Of a stretch of 61,380 nucleotides of DNA, positions 30,276 to 41,290 are shown piece by piece. The notes below the pieces were generated by a model. That model was not told where the DNA came from. It made no database searches and saw nothing but the letters and a program-made list of their open reading frames with translations. The position numbers were made by a program, and so were the translations under genes. Numbering within the stretch: the first letter of the stretch is position 1; each line of letters begins with the position of its first letter. This DNA comes from Bacteroidota bacterium (GTDB taxonomy: Bacteria; Bacteroidota; Bacteroidia; AKYH767-A; 2013-40CM-41-45), in assembly GCA_003151745.1 (NCBI GenBank), contig PLYJ01000033.1, forward strand, positions 1-61,380, read 5' to 3'.

Positions 30276-31193
30276 TTACAGTTTGCCTTGCGTTAATTGC
30301 TGGAAAGCCTCTTCCAGGCTGTGTTCTTCTTTGTTCATAGACAAAACGGCTAAATTATTCTGCACTGCAAATTGAAAAATGCTGCTGCGAATGTCCTGTT
30401 CACCTTCTGCTGTAATACGCCAGATAGTATCTTTAATGTGTTCTGCCTTTGATACGCCGTTAATGCTTTCTAACTTTTGCATTGAAGTGCTTTGATCAAA
30501 CTCCACCAGCACGGCATTTCCCGAAGATGTTTTTTGTTGCAGCACAGCCGCACTGTCATCTGCTACAATCTTTCCTTTATTGATTATGATAACACGGTCA
30601 CAAATAGCTTTCACCTCCTGCATGATGTGCGTAGAGAGGATGATGGTTTTTGTTTTGCCAATCTCTTTAATGAGGTTCCTGATCTCCACCAATTGGTTAG
30701 GATCAAGTCCGGAAGTAGGTTCATCCAGAATCAACACTTCAGGGTTATGAATGAGCGCTTGCGCAAGCCCCACCCGCTGACGAAAACCCTTTGACAAAGC
30801 GCCAATTTTCTTTTTATGCTCCACCTGCAACCCTGTCATCTCAATCATTTCATTGATGCGTTTATCTGCAGTTCCGTTCAGGTGATGAATGCCTGCAATG
30901 AAGCCGAGATATTCCTTCACATACATATCTAAATAGAGCGGATTGTTTTCAGGAAGATAGCCAACCTTCTTTTTCACTTCCATTGGCTGCTCTGTGACAT
31001 CGAAGCCGCAGACAGAAGCATTACCGTCCGTCTGGGGAATAAAGCAGGTGATGATTTTCATCATCGTTGATTTGCCCGCGCCATTGGGACCAAGAAATCC
31101 AACTACCTGGCTCGTATTTACTTCAAACGAAACAGTATCGAGCGCTTTCTGCTGCCCGTAAAGCTTAGTGATATTTTCTATTTTAACTGACAC
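30276..31193 (-). CDS. gldA: Gliding motility ABC transporter ATPase GldA
   Basis: GPNGAGKST, LSKGFRQR and a SLEEAFQQLT C-terminus. Confidence 0.85.
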   Translation of the reverse strand: MSVKIENITKLYGQQKALDTVSFEVNTSQVVGFLGPNGAGKSTMMKIITCFIPQTDGNASVCGFDVTEQPMEVKKKVGYLPENNPLYLDMYVKEYLGFIAGIHHLNGTADKRINEMIEMTGLQVEHKKKIGALSKGFRQRVGLAQALIHNPEVLILDEPTSGLDPNQLVEIRNLIKEIGKTKTIILSTHIMQEVKAICDRVIIINKGKIVADDSAAVLQQKTSSGNAVLVEFDQSTSMQKLESINGVSKAEHIKDTIWRITAEGEQDIRSSIFQFAVQNNLAVLSMNKEEHSLEEAFQQLTQGKL

Positions 31194-31223
31194 AGAAATA
31201 AATTAAGAATTGTAAATGTAAAG

Positions 31224-32789
31224 TTACTCGTTTTTCACATTATCTGTATTGTAATGCAGTCCTACATTTTTCTTTCTCGCAATGGCTTGCTTAACAATAA
31301 GGTATGCCACATTGATGAGGTTGCGCAATTCGCAAAGCTTCGGCGAAAGAATTGTCTTTTCATAAATCGCCTCCGTCTCACCATATAAGATACGAAGGCG
31401 GTCTTTAGCACGTTTCAGACGCACATTGCTGCGCACAATGCCAACGTAGTTACTCATTACATCCTGCAATTCCTTCAGGTTGTGCGTGATGAGGACTAAC
31501 TCTTTCGGATGGGTAGTTCCTTCCGCATTCCATTCAGGTACTTCCAATTTATAGGTAATGGAAGCAAATTTCCTTTTACCTTCTTCCGCAGCGCGGTGTG
31601 CAAATACCAATGCTTCAAGCAATGAATTAGAAGCAAGCCTGTTGGCGCCATGCAAGCCCGTACATGAGCATTCGCCCGCAGCATATAAATTATTGATATT
31701 TGCCCTTGCGAACTCATCCACTTTAATGCCGCCGCATATATAATGAGCAGCAGGCACTACAGGAATCATCTGCTTTGTCATATCAATGCCGATGCTTTTG
31801 CATTTTGCATAGATGGTTGGAAAATGTTCGGTTAGCGCCTTCGCATCAAGATGCGTACAATCAAGATAAACATAATCATCACCGCTCATTTTCATTTCAT
31901 TGTCAATGGCGCGGGCAGTGATGTCGCGCGGAGCTAATGATTTGCGGGCATCATAGTTCTGCATAAATTCTTTTCCATCTTTCGTTTTCAAAATGCCGCC
32001 AAAACCCCGCACTGCCTCACTGATAAGAAAAGAGGGATGAGCACCGGGGTTATATAAAGCTGTAGGATGAAACTGGACAAACTCCATATTCTCTACAATT
32101 CCCTTCGCGCGATATACCATCGCTATGCCATCGCCAGTTGCAATTAAAGGATTCGTGGTAGTGCGATATACCTGGCCTGCACCGCCGGTTGCAATTAGCG
32201 TAATGCGTGAAAGCACTGTTTCAATCTTTCCTGTGCGTGTATTCAATACATATACACCGTAACACTCAATGCCGGGGGTATGGCGCGTCACTTCTTCGCC
32301 CAAATGATGCTGCGTGATAATATCAATGGCAAAATAATGCGTGTACATTTCAATGTTGGGATGATTGCGCACTTTACTTAGCAGCGCACGCTCAATTTCA
32401 TTGCCCGTATTGTCCTTGTGATGCAGCACACGATGTTCGGAGTGTCCGCCTTCCCTCGCCAGGTCATAATCCCCTTTTTCGTTTTTGTCAAAATCCGCAC
32501 CCCATTGAATAATCTCTTTGATGCGCTCCACGCCCTCCTTCACTACCATCCGTACGATGCGTTTATTGCAAAGCCCGTCACCGCATTCAAGCGTATCCTG
32601 AATATGCTTTTCAAATGTGTCGGGGGCATTCATCACTCCTGCAATACCGCCCTGCGCATACTTTGTGTTCGACTCATCAGCGCTGGCTTTGGTAATTATC
32701 ATCACTTTGCCCTCCTCAGCCACCTTCAGCGCATACGTCAATCCCGCAATGCCGGAACCAATTACTAAAAAATCAACCTCTTTATGCAT
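31224..32789 (-). CDS. nadB: L-aspartate oxidase
   Basis: GSGIAG, YAQGGIA and GLHGANRLASNSL. Start placed at ATG 32789, just after TACATTTG. Confidence 0.96.
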   Translation of the reverse strand: MHKEVDFLVIGSGIAGLTYALKVAEEGKVMIITKASADESNTKYAQGGIAGVMNAPDTFEKHIQDTLECGDGLCNKRIVRMVVKEGVERIKEIIQWGADFDKNEKGDYDLAREGGHSEHRVLHHKDNTGNEIERALLSKVRNHPNIEMYTHYFAIDIITQHHLGEEVTRHTPGIECYGVYVLNTRTGKIETVLSRITLIATGGAGQVYRTTTNPLIATGDGIAMVYRAKGIVENMEFVQFHPTALYNPGAHPSFLISEAVRGFGGILKTKDGKEFMQNYDARKSLAPRDITARAIDNEMKMSGDDYVYLDCTHLDAKALTEHFPTIYAKCKSIGIDMTKQMIPVVPAAHYICGGIKVDEFARANINNLYAAGECSCTGLHGANRLASNSLLEALVFAHRAAEEGKRKFASITYKLEVPEWNAEGTTHPKELVLITHNLKELQDVMSNYVGIVRSNVRLKRAKDRLRILYGETEAIYEKTILSPKLCELRNLINVAYLIVKQAIARKKNVGLHYNTDNVKNE

Positions 32790-33030
32790 CGCCGCAAATG
32801 TAATCAGTTTATAGAAGTTCAACGTTCGTGGTTATCCAAAGCCCGGATTGATATGGTTACGTTAAATACTAAATATATATCCCCCTCTTTCTATGAATTT
32901 TAAGGAATTATATAGACATGAATGCTAATAAACTACTTTTTGTAAGATTTTGGCATAAAATGTCCAAACCCTAAAACGAAATATTAGTTCAACCTGTTAT
33001 TCAAATTTATATATCCAATAAAAAACACTT

Positions 33031-33519
33031 ATGAAAAAAATCAATACACTAATTACAGGCATTTGCATTCTTCTATGGAGTGCAACTGATCTGAAAGCTC
33101 AGCAAGGGTCTGCCGCCACAGGAGGCGAAGCTGCCGGAGCAGGAGGAACTGTTAGCTACACCATCGGGCAGATGGATTACATTACCACTACGGGTAATGG
33201 AGGCACCATAAGCCAGGGTTTACAGCAACCCTATCAAATTAATGTGGCTACAGGCATGCAAGAAACGGGCATTAATCTTACCTGTGCTTTGTATCCTAAT
33301 CCTACCACTGATTTTGTGGTGCTTACGGTTCAAAAGGAGGATGTAGAAAATATGAGTTTCAGCCTTTTAGATGTGCAGGGCAAACTCATACAGCATCAAA
33401 AGTTAAGCAGCAGCAGCACTACCATATCTATGGTGAATTATGCTGACGCGCTTTATCTTATAAAAGTCTTTAATAATAATACAGAAGTAAAATCATTTAA
33501 AATAAATAAAAATAAATAA
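33031..33519 (+). CDS. Small T9SS type A sorting domain protein
   Basis: Signal peptide, SYTIGQ, QGLQQP and a YPNP CTD. Confidence 0.85.
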   Translation: MKKINTLITGICILLWSATDLKAQQGSAATGGEAAGAGGTVSYTIGQMDYITTTGNGGTISQGLQQPYQINVATGMQETGINLTCALYPNPTTDFVVLTVQKEDVENMSFSLLDVQGKLIQHQKLSSSSTTISMVNYADALYLIKVFNNNTEVKSFKINKNK

Positions 33520-33548
33520 TAAACATAAACAAATAAAAATAACTCAGT

Positions 33549-36071
33549 ATGAAAAAAATAATTACAATTATTGCAGCGGTTATAATCTCTGCAAATGTGT
33601 TTGCCCAGGCTCCGGCAAAAATGAGCTACCAGGCTGTTATCCGAAATACGAGTAACACACTTGTTACAACTACAACTGTTGGAATGCGCATAAGCATTAT
33701 GCAAGGTTCTCTTAACGGCACTGTGGTATATGTAGAAACTCAATCGCCTTTAACAAATGCCAATGGTCTTGCAACTATTGCAATAGGCAACGGCACTGTA
33801 GTAAGCGGCGACTTTTCTGCCATTGATTGGTCAAATGGTACATACTTTATAAAAACAGAAACTGATCCTAACGGTGGTACAAGTTATGATATCGCAGGAA
33901 CAAGTCAGTTAATGAGTGTGCCTTATGCATTGTATGCAAAAACTTCAGGCAGTTCAATTCCCGGCCCGCAAGGAGCAACAGGCCCGCAAGGTGAAATTGG
34001 TTTTACAGGGCCAACAGGTCCACAAGGTCCGGGAGGAGCAAGAGGTCCACAAGGTCCGATTGGTTTAACAGGTGCAACTGGTCTTCAGGGTCCGCAAGGT
34101 GCGATTGGTTTAACAGGCGCAACAGGTGCACAAGGCCCGCAAGGTCCTGCCGGTACTGATGGTGCAACAGGTCCGCAAGGAACAACAGGCCCGCAGGGTC
34201 TTAAAGGTAATGATGGAGAAGTTGGTGGTCAGGGTCCGCAAGGCCCTGCAGGTAGCGATGGAGCGACAGGTCCGCAAGGCCCCATTGGTTTAACAGGTGC
34301 AACAGGTGCTCAAGGTCCGCAAGGCAATGCGGGTAATGACGGAGCAACTGGCCCTCAAGGTCCTGCCGGTAATGATGGTGCCAATGGAATGGATGGTGCG
34401 CAAGGCCAGACAGGATTTCTTCAGTCAGGTTCAACCGCAGGTAACACTCCTTATTGGGATGGTTCGAATTGGGTCACTACTACAAGCAATATATTTAATA
34501 GTGGAGGCAATGTAGGAATAGGTACTGCAACCCCAGGTGCGCAATTAGATGTAAATGGAAATGCAAATGTTTCCGGTAATTTAGATGCAACCAGCTTTAT
34601 AGTTCTCGGCGGTACAAATGCTCAATTCTTAAAAGCTGACGGATCGGTTGATACCAATACCTATTTAACAACAGCACAACAGGGAGCAACTACGCTTGCC
34701 CCTATTGATACCAATCCGAATACTAAAGGTGCTACACTAAACGGTATCACATTAAGCTTAGAGCCTGCATCAACAAGCTTTGGCGGTGTGGTTACTACCG
34801 GTGCGCAATCATTAGCAGGTGCTAAACACTTCGTTGATTCTTTAACTACAGAAGGAACATTAACGGTTGGCAATGGTTTTTCAGGAAACGGCAGAGTAAA
34901 TATAATTAGTAATAATAATAATTTCACTAATCCTATCGGTGTGCAGTTAAACATCGGCAGTTATGTGAAAACATTTACGGGTGCAGCTGACACCACTTTA
35001 CCGTTCTACAGTGTTGCTGATATTGATGCCTCTTATCTTGGTAACGGCAACAACGTAACCTTTACCGATGCCACAGCACTTCATTTAAGGTCCCCTTGGG
35101 GCGGTGGTTTTACTAACGGATGGGCTTTAACAACTGACGGATCAGTAAAAGTGAATGGCAACATTAATACTTCCGGCACTCTTACAATCGGTTCTGTAAC
35201 TTACCCAAATAGTGACGGCGGATCAGGACAGGTATTAACAACTAATGGTAATGGAACTCCATCATGGCAGACTTTACCTACTATTTCAGGTCCAACGGGT
35301 CCACAAGGTCCTACAGGATTACTTACCAGCGGCACTGCTACAGGAGTAACTCCTTATTGGGATGGCAGTTCATGGGTTGTGAGCAGTACAAATGTTTATA
35401 ACAATGGCACCAGCATTGCCATTGGTACGACCACTCCAGATGCTTCAGCCAAGTTGGACGTGAGTTCTACAACACAATTATTTTTACCTCCAAGAATGAC
35501 TACTGCTCAAAGAGATGCAATCAGTTCACCTGCAAGCGGAGGTATCTTATATAATACCACAACTAAGAAGCTTCAGTCGTACGTTGCAGCAGTTTCTCCG
35601 TCTGTTGATGGTACAGGCACCGATGGTACATGGGCACTCTGGGATGGTCCGGCACAAGGACAAACCATTCAACCTTTGTCAACAGGTACGCTTATATCAG
35701 TAGTTGCACAGGTTGCAATCAGAGCTTCTACAGGAGATATCCAGGCAAAAGTTTACAATAGTGTAAACGGTACTTTAATCGCTACCTCAGATAACACCGT
35801 TACAGCTCCATGGGCGGGTTCGGAATTCAACTTTGTGCCCGGCACCTGGACATTTAACGGCGCTGCTTTAACGCTTAACTCAGGCACTACGTATTACATT
35901 GAGTTTACTGCAACAAACGGAAACCGCTTCTTTATAGGAAGTTCACAATCTTACCCGCGTGGTGACATTTACACCGGCAATCCAGGAAGCGTAAGCATAC
36001 ATTCAGGTTATGATATTGACTTCATCGTTAACTACGGAGGCTCTTCTGCATCCTGGAACGATCTTTATTAA
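33549..36071 (+). CDS. Secreted collagen-like repeat protein
   Basis: MSYQAVIRN and SVPYALYA N-domain, long Gly-X-Y run (~33960-34410), GIGT..P and LPPRMTTAQRDAI motifs. Confidence 0.88.
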   Translation: MKKIITIIAAVIISANVFAQAPAKMSYQAVIRNTSNTLVTTTTVGMRISIMQGSLNGTVVYVETQSPLTNANGLATIAIGNGTVVSGDFSAIDWSNGTYFIKTETDPNGGTSYDIAGTSQLMSVPYALYAKTSGSSIPGPQGATGPQGEIGFTGPTGPQGPGGARGPQGPIGLTGATGLQGPQGAIGLTGATGAQGPQGPAGTDGATGPQGTTGPQGLKGNDGEVGGQGPQGPAGSDGATGPQGPIGLTGATGAQGPQGNAGNDGATGPQGPAGNDGANGMDGAQGQTGFLQSGSTAGNTPYWDGSNWVTTTSNIFNSGGNVGIGTATPGAQLDVNGNANVSGNLDATSFIVLGGTNAQFLKADGSVDTNTYLTTAQQGATTLAPIDTNPNTKGATLNGITLSLEPASTSFGGVVTTGAQSLAGAKHFVDSLTTEGTLTVGNGFSGNGRVNIISNNNNFTNPIGVQLNIGSYVKTFTGAADTTLPFYSVADIDASYLGNGNNVTFTDATALHLRSPWGGGFTNGWALTTDGSVKVNGNINTSGTLTIGSVTYPNSDGGSGQVLTTNGNGTPSWQTLPTISGPTGPQGPTGLLTSGTATGVTPYWDGSSWVVSSTNVYNNGTSIAIGTTTPDASAKLDVSSTTQLFLPPRMTTAQRDAISSPASGGILYNTTTKKLQSYVAAVSPSVDGTGTDGTWALWDGPAQGQTIQPLSTGTLISVVAQVAIRASTGDIQAKVYNSVNGTLIATSDNTVTAPWAGSEFNFVPGTWTFNGAALTLNSGTTYYIEFTATNGNRFFIGSSQSYPRGDIYTGNPGSVSIHSGYDIDFIVNYGGSSASWNDLY

Positions 36072-36122
36072 TCTTTCCTGCTCAATGGCTAATTGCTGAA
36101 TTGAAGTAATTGCAAGAATTAT

Positions 36123-36157
36123 AAAAAACTCCCTTTCTTTCGGAAGGGAGTTTTTTA
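36123..36157 (+). terminator. Intrinsic terminator
   Basis: aaaaaactccct ... agggagtttttt. Confidence 0.8.
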
Positions 36158-36294
36158 TTTGTAGGATCAGGTATCTATCAATCCCGATGAGGCTTGATGT
36201 CACCATTAGGGCAAATTTTGTTTAAACAAAGAACCCTAAATCCTCAATAGTCAAAATTTCGTAATTTAGTGTACGATAAATTAAATCTCCAAAA

Positions 36295-36924
36295 ATGAAA
36301 TCATTAATATTAATAATTGCATTTGCTGCCATTTCTTCCTGCACGCAAAATAAAAGCCTTGAGTTTCCTGTCGGATCAAAAACTCCGTTACCAAACGAAG
36401 CCATTGCCACTTTCGCAGAAGGTTGTTTCTGGCATGCGGAAGTTGTTTTTCAAAGTCTCGTGGGTGTACGTGATGCCGTATCAGGATATTCAGGCGGAAC
36501 GGATCCTAACCCTACGTATGACAAGGTATGCACAGGCACAACAGGGCATGCAGAAAGTGTGCAGATGTATTATGATCCTTCAAAAATATCCTACGAGACG
36601 CTAGTGAAAGCCTTCTTCGCAAGCCTCGATCCAACTACGTTGAACAGACAGGGAAATGATGAAGGAACTCAATACCGTTCCATTACATTTTACAGGAATG
36701 AAAAAGAAAAGGAAATTATTGAAGCTGAAATAAAACAGGTTAACGATTCAAAAAAATACAAGGACAAAATTGTAACGGAAGTTATTCCGTTTAAAAAGTT
36801 TTATCCTGCCGAAGATTATCACCAGGAGTATATTCATTTTCATCCTGACAATGGTTATGTGCAGGGTGTTTCCATTCCTGATTTCCTTGAATTTAAAAAG
36901 GAGTTCAAAGGGAATTATAAATAA
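36295..36924 (+). CDS. msrA: Peptide methionine sulfoxide reductase A, probable lipoprotein
   Basis: GCFW, GHAE and AEDYHQ; N-terminal SSC lipobox-like sequence. Confidence 0.95.
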   Translation: MKSLILIIAFAAISSCTQNKSLEFPVGSKTPLPNEAIATFAEGCFWHAEVVFQSLVGVRDAVSGYSGGTDPNPTYDKVCTGTTGHAESVQMYYDPSKISYETLVKAFFASLDPTTLNRQGNDEGTQYRSITFYRNEKEKEIIEAEIKQVNDSKKYKDKIVTEVIPFKKFYPAEDYHQEYIHFHPDNGYVQGVSIPDFLEFKKEFKGNYK

Positions 36925-36963
36925 CGCCTGATCGAATTACCTGCAATCTCTTATCTTTGCACT

Positions 36964-37551
36964 ATGCAAGATGTAAAGACTCCTGTTTCGGTTTATGCCG
37001 AGAGTACACCCAACCCTACTTCGATGAAGTTTGTGGCCAGTCAGTTTTTATTGCAGGAAGGCAGTGTTGAATATCCGACAAAAGAAAGTGCGGCTAACTG
37101 CCCGTTGGCTGTTCAGTTATTCAGCTTTACGGGAGTGAGCAGCGTTTTTATCACCAGCAACTTTGTTACTATCAACAAGACACCTGATATTGACTGGTAC
37201 GACATCACGAACATTCTGCGTGAATTCATCAAAGGATATATACAGTCAGGAGAAAAGATTTTCATTGGTCCGCTGGAGCAAAAGGCTGACCTAACAGTAG
37301 AGCATACTTTTAGTTCGTCCAAAGTAGAAAGCAAGATCATTGAAATGCTGGATGAATATGTAAGACCTGCAGTGGAAGGAGATGGCGGCGCCATTCATTT
37401 TAAATCATTCAATGAAGGTGTGGTAACACTAACGCTAAAAGGTTCGTGCAGCGGTTGCCCAAGTTCAACCGTTACTTTGAAAAACGGCATTGAAAACTTG
37501 CTTAAGAAGATGATTCCTGAAGTGACTGAAGTGGTTGCAGAAGGAGAATAG
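36964..37551 (+). CDS. nfuA: NifU/NfuA family Fe-S carrier
   Basis: ESTPNP and GSCSGCPSS. Confidence 0.9.
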   Translation: MQDVKTPVSVYAESTPNPTSMKFVASQFLLQEGSVEYPTKESAANCPLAVQLFSFTGVSSVFITSNFVTINKTPDIDWYDITNILREFIKGYIQSGEKIFIGPLEQKADLTVEHTFSSSKVESKIIEMLDEYVRPAVEGDGGAIHFKSFNEGVVTLTLKGSCSGCPSSTVTLKNGIENLLKKMIPEVTEVVAEGE

Positions 37552-37631
37552 AACACGTATTATTATGATGGTTATGATTTAAGCAGATTTAAAATCATAA
37601 TTGATCTTAATCATCATGAAGATTAGCGTTC
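37551..37631. repeat. 81-bp palindromic element, GAACGCGG family (diverged copy)
   Basis: Aligns with 12913-12993 at the same length and overlaps both flanking stop codons. Confidence 0.88.
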
Positions 37632-38205
37632 ACTTTTTATAAAAATTCATCTCCTTAATATACTCCCACACAGCCTCAGGCGTCATGTAATGCACATCCT
37701 TTTTGTCTTTGATAGCATTGCGAATAAAGCTGGCTGAGATTTCCATCAACGGTGCATCTACCACTTTTACATTTTTATGATGCAGTAAGTTGCCACCTGT
37801 ACTTCCTTTGCGCGGATATACATATAGTTCATGCTCAGCTAAAATCTGCTCGTAATTTTTCCACTTGTGAAAAGTATCCAGGTTGTCGCTGCCGAGAATA
37901 AGTGCAAACGTATGTTGCGGAAACTTTTCTTTCAGATGAGCAAGTGTGGTAACCGTATAGCTTGGTTGCGGCAATTTGAATTCAATGTTGCTTGCTTTTA
38001 GTTTTCTATAATAACCAACAGCATGCCTCACTAAAGCAAGGCGATGGACATCGGGGAGCAGTGTGGCCTTCGGCTTCAACGGGTTTTGCGGTGACACGAC
38101 CAACCACACCTGTTCAAGATCAGTAAACTCAGCCATGTACTGTGCAATCACCATGTGACCGTTATGCACAGGATTGAATGAGCCGAAGAAAAGACCGATC
38201 TTCAT
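37630..38205 (-). CDS. nadD: Nicotinate-nucleotide adenylyltransferase
   Basis: GSFNPVHNGH and ISASFIR. Confidence 0.96.
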   Translation of the reverse strand: MKIGLFFGSFNPVHNGHMVIAQYMAEFTDLEQVWLVVSPQNPLKPKATLLPDVHRLALVRHAVGYYRKLKASNIEFKLPQPSYTVTTLAHLKEKFPQHTFALILGSDNLDTFHKWKNYEQILAEHELYVYPRKGSTGGNLLHHKNVKVVDAPLMEISASFIRNAIKDKKDVHYMTPEAVWEYIKEMNFYKK

Positions 38206-38280
38206 TAGAAAATGAATAAAGAATAAGGAATAAGGAATAAAGAGGTCATTGCTTTTTTATTCATTATTCATTCCTACTTT

Positions 38281-38847
38281 TTACTTACTTAAAAAATCAT
38301 CTACAAGTTTCTCCGCAGCAGCCAGCGCGTCTTCCAGTTTGTCATTAATGATGACATGGTCAAACTTATCTGCATACGTCATCTCATGTTCTGACTTCTC
38401 CGTGCGTGCCCTAAATGTGTCCGGTGTTTCTGTAGCGCGTGCCTTGAGGCGATGATGAAGCTCATCCATAGATGGCGGCATCACGAACACAGCAAGCAAC
38501 CGATCATTGTATTGCTTCTTGATATTAATACCTCCTTCCACATCCACATCGAAGATGGCAACTTTGTCTTTTCTCCAAATGCGTTGCAGTTCAGATTTCA
38601 ATGTTCCATAATAACCGTTTTGATATACTTCTTCCCATTCAATGAACTCATCATTCTCTTTTCTTCTCTTAAATTCATCCACGCTCATGAAGTAGTAATC
38701 CTGTCCGTCACTTTCATTCGTGCGCTTATTACGCGTAGTAGCTGAAACGGAAAAGCTCAGCTGCGGATATTTCTTAAGCAGGTGATGAACAATGGTCGTT
38801 TTGCCACTACCTGATGGTCCGCAAAAGAGTAATAGTTTATTATTCAT
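38281..38847 (-). CDS. gmk: Guanylate kinase
   Basis: GPSGSGKTT and YYGT; start at ATG 38847. Confidence 0.96.
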   Translation of the reverse strand: MNNKLLLFCGPSGSGKTTIVHHLLKKYPQLSFSVSATTRNKRTNESDGQDYYFMSVDEFKRRKENDEFIEWEEVYQNGYYGTLKSELQRIWRKDKVAIFDVDVEGGINIKKQYNDRLLAVFVMPPSMDELHHRLKARATETPDTFRARTEKSEHEMTYADKFDHVIINDKLEDALAAAEKLVDDFLSK

Positions 38848-38924
38848 TCGTTGTTGGGTAATTGAGGTAATTTGGAAATTAAGGAAAGGGTACCAATTAC
38901 CCAATTACCTTAATTACCTTTTCA

Positions 38925-39797
38925 TTAAATAACATTCATCAACTGTTCCTTTATCTTCTCCAATTCATCTTTCATGTCCACCACATGCTTCTGCATTTCG
39001 GCATCGTTGGCTTTTGAACCGATGGTATTTACCTCTCGTCCTATCTCCTGTGCAATGAAAGAAAGTTTTTTCCCATTTGATGTGGGCTCGTTCATGGAGC
39101 TGATAAAATAATCACAGTGGCTTTTCAATCGTGTCTTCTCTTCACTGATGTCATTCTTCTCGATGTAGTAAATCATTTCCTGTTCTAAACGGTTGCGGTC
39201 AATGTTGGCTGCCTTAATAAATTCTTCCAACGAAGAAGTCAACTTCTTTCGGACTGCTTCTGCACGAGACGCTTCAAACTTTTCAACGCCTGATAATAAT
39301 TTAGAGATAACGCTGATGCGGTTCTTCAGATCATTTTCCAAAGCCTTTCCTTCTGTATCGCGAAAAAGAAGGTATGCTTTCTTCGTCTGGTCAATAACTG
39401 TTTTGATCTGGCTCCACTCATTTTCATCAACTTCTCTTTTCTCTGTATTAAATACTTCGGGAAAACGCATGATGATGTTCAGGTAATCCGAAGAAGAAAT
39501 TTTGTAATCGGCATCCAGCGATTTCAGTTCATCAAAATAAGCTTTGATGAGGGTTTTGTTGATGGTGACTTTTGTTGTTTCTTCGGAATACTCAATCGTT
39601 ACATATATGTCAATCTTGCCGCGTTCAAGCTCTTTCGACAGCTCGTTACGCAATTCAAGGTCTTTGTCTTTGTAGCTGGAAGGCAGGCGCAGGTTGAGAT
39701 CAAGGAACTTGCTGTTTACAGAACGCATCTCAACCGTGATAATTTTATTATCAACTTCTGAAACTGCGCTTCCGAAACCGGTCATGGAACGAATCAT
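38925..39797 (-). CDS. yicC: YicC/YloC family endoribonuclease
   Basis: MIRSMTGFG and QEIGREVNTIGSK. Confidence 0.95.
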   Translation of the reverse strand: MIRSMTGFGSAVSEVDNKIITVEMRSVNSKFLDLNLRLPSSYKDKDLELRNELSKELERGKIDIYVTIEYSEETTKVTINKTLIKAYFDELKSLDADYKISSSDYLNIIMRFPEVFNTEKREVDENEWSQIKTVIDQTKKAYLLFRDTEGKALENDLKNRISVISKLLSGVEKFEASRAEAVRKKLTSSLEEFIKAANIDRNRLEQEMIYYIEKNDISEEKTRLKSHCDYFISSMNEPTSNGKKLSFIAQEIGREVNTIGSKANDAEMQKHVVDMKDELEKIKEQLMNVI

Positions 39798-39804
39798 ATT
39801 CTTT

Positions 39805-39897
39805 GGGTAATAGGGTGATTAGGGTAATTAGGGTAATTAGGGTAATTAGGGTAATTAAGGCTGTGGTACTAATTACCTCAATTACCTTAACTACTTC
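39805..39897. repeat. 9-bp repeat hairpin, (GGGTAATTA)n ... (TAATTACCT)n
   Basis: Directly visible; related copies at 38856-38920 and 53396-53444. Confidence 0.9.
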
Positions 39898-39938
39898 TTG
39901 CAGACAAAAGTAATTTTATTTGATGAATAACTCTTAGG

Positions 39939-40850
39939 CTACTCTACAACGGATATCTTTCGTTTTGTATTCCTGCTTGCAAGATACACACCTGCAAAAA
40001 TCAACAACGCTGCAAAAACTTTCATCCAGTTAACCGAATCATGTCCTGTGGAAATAGCGATAGCTGCAGTGAGCAATGGCTGGAGATAGATGTAAGCACT
40101 TACCACAGACGCGCTCAGCGAATTCAAGGCATATACATTCAGGATGTAAGCAATAAAGGTGGTGCCGACAGCCATAAACGCTATATATAGCCAGACGGTT
40201 GATCCGAGCGAACTCCAATGCACGCTCGTCAGGTCTCGGAATCCGATAGGGAACACGAGGATCAGTCCAAAAGTGAATATCCATTTAAGGATGGTGACGG
40301 TGTGATATTTTTTCATCATCGGCTTCACCATCACGAGGTAGGTGCCCCATGCAGCGGCATTAATAAAAATCATCAGGTCGCCGATTGGATTATCCGATCT
40401 GCCGGAAGCATTCATCCCGCTGTTCAGCATGAGGACGGCAGCGCCTGCAAAGCCCAACACAATGCCAACCGTCTTTACCACAGTGATGCGCTCTTTTATT
40501 AAAAGAACGGAAATGATGAGTACCAGGATGGGCGTGGTAATCATCATGATGGCAGCGCTGATGGGAGAAGTTAAGCTGAGCCCTTCGATAAAAAGCGTCT
40601 GGTTGATGGCAACACCGAAAACGGCAAGCAGCAGGAACTTCGGCAAATCCTTTTTGTCGACTTTTTCCTTCGCAAACAGAAACCCTGTGATCCAAAACAA
40701 AGGAGTAGCCACCAGAATCCTCACCAGCACCAATGCAAGCGGAGGCAGATAGCTTGCCGTGAGAATCTTACCAACAATAAAGCTGATGGAAGATATAACC
40801 TGTGCTACGAAAAGAGCAATGTGCGCTTTAGAGTTCGGGTGTGATTTCAC
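39939..40850 (-). CDS. DMT/EamA family transporter
   Basis: About ten TM helices in two repeats; YLQP motif. Confidence 0.92.
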   Translation of the reverse strand: MKSHPNSKAHIALFVAQVISSISFIVGKILTASYLPPLALVLVRILVATPLFWITGFLFAKEKVDKKDLPKFLLLAVFGVAINQTLFIEGLSLTSPISAAIMMITTPILVLIISVLLIKERITVVKTVGIVLGFAGAAVLMLNSGMNASGRSDNPIGDLMIFINAAAWGTYLVMVKPMMKKYHTVTILKWIFTFGLILVFPIGFRDLTSVHWSSLGSTVWLYIAFMAVGTTFIAYILNVYALNSLSASVVSAYIYLQPLLTAAIAISTGHDSVNWMKVFAALLIFAGVYLASRNTKRKISVVE

Positions 40851-40936
40851 TATATATGAGTAGCAGTGGCAGTAGCACTAAGCAGTGCTGCCAACTGCCA
40901 TTGCCAACTGCCACTTGTATATTTTTTCATATTTTA

Positions 40937-41290
40937 TTATTGAGCCATTGCCTCTTTCGCTGCTGCTACTGTTTTAGGTGCATTGCCAATAAAAATTTGC
41001 TTGCCTATAATGATGACCGGGCGTTTGAGAAACGTGTACTCGTCAAGAATGTATTTACGGTAATCCTTTTCTGTAAGCTTCATAGCATTCAGCCCCATGC
41101 TCCGATATTTCAATGCCACGCGGCTGAACAAGCTTTCATAAGAACCGGCAAGCTCCTTCATTTCATCAATTTGTGCGGGAGTAATCTTTTCAGTTTTTAT
41201 ATCCTGCATGATAAAATCCTTGCCGGGCTTTAACTCTTTAAGGATTCGCTGGCAGGTGGTGCAGGTGCCTAAGTGATAAATCTTTTTCAT
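40937..41290 (-). CDS. ArsC/Spx family protein
   Basis: IYHLGTCTTC and FLKRPVI; start at ATG 41290. Confidence 0.88.
   Translation of the reverse strand: MKKIYHLGTCTTCQRILKELKPGKDFIMQDIKTEKITPAQIDEMKELAGSYESLFSRVALKYRSMGLNAMKLTEKDYRKYILDEYTFLKRPVIIIGKQIFIGNAPKTVAAAKEAMAQ

Noticed and set aside
39805-39860. Telomere-like repeat (contains TTAGGG)
   Set aside because: The unit is a 9-mer paired with inverted copies, so it belongs to the hairpin family.
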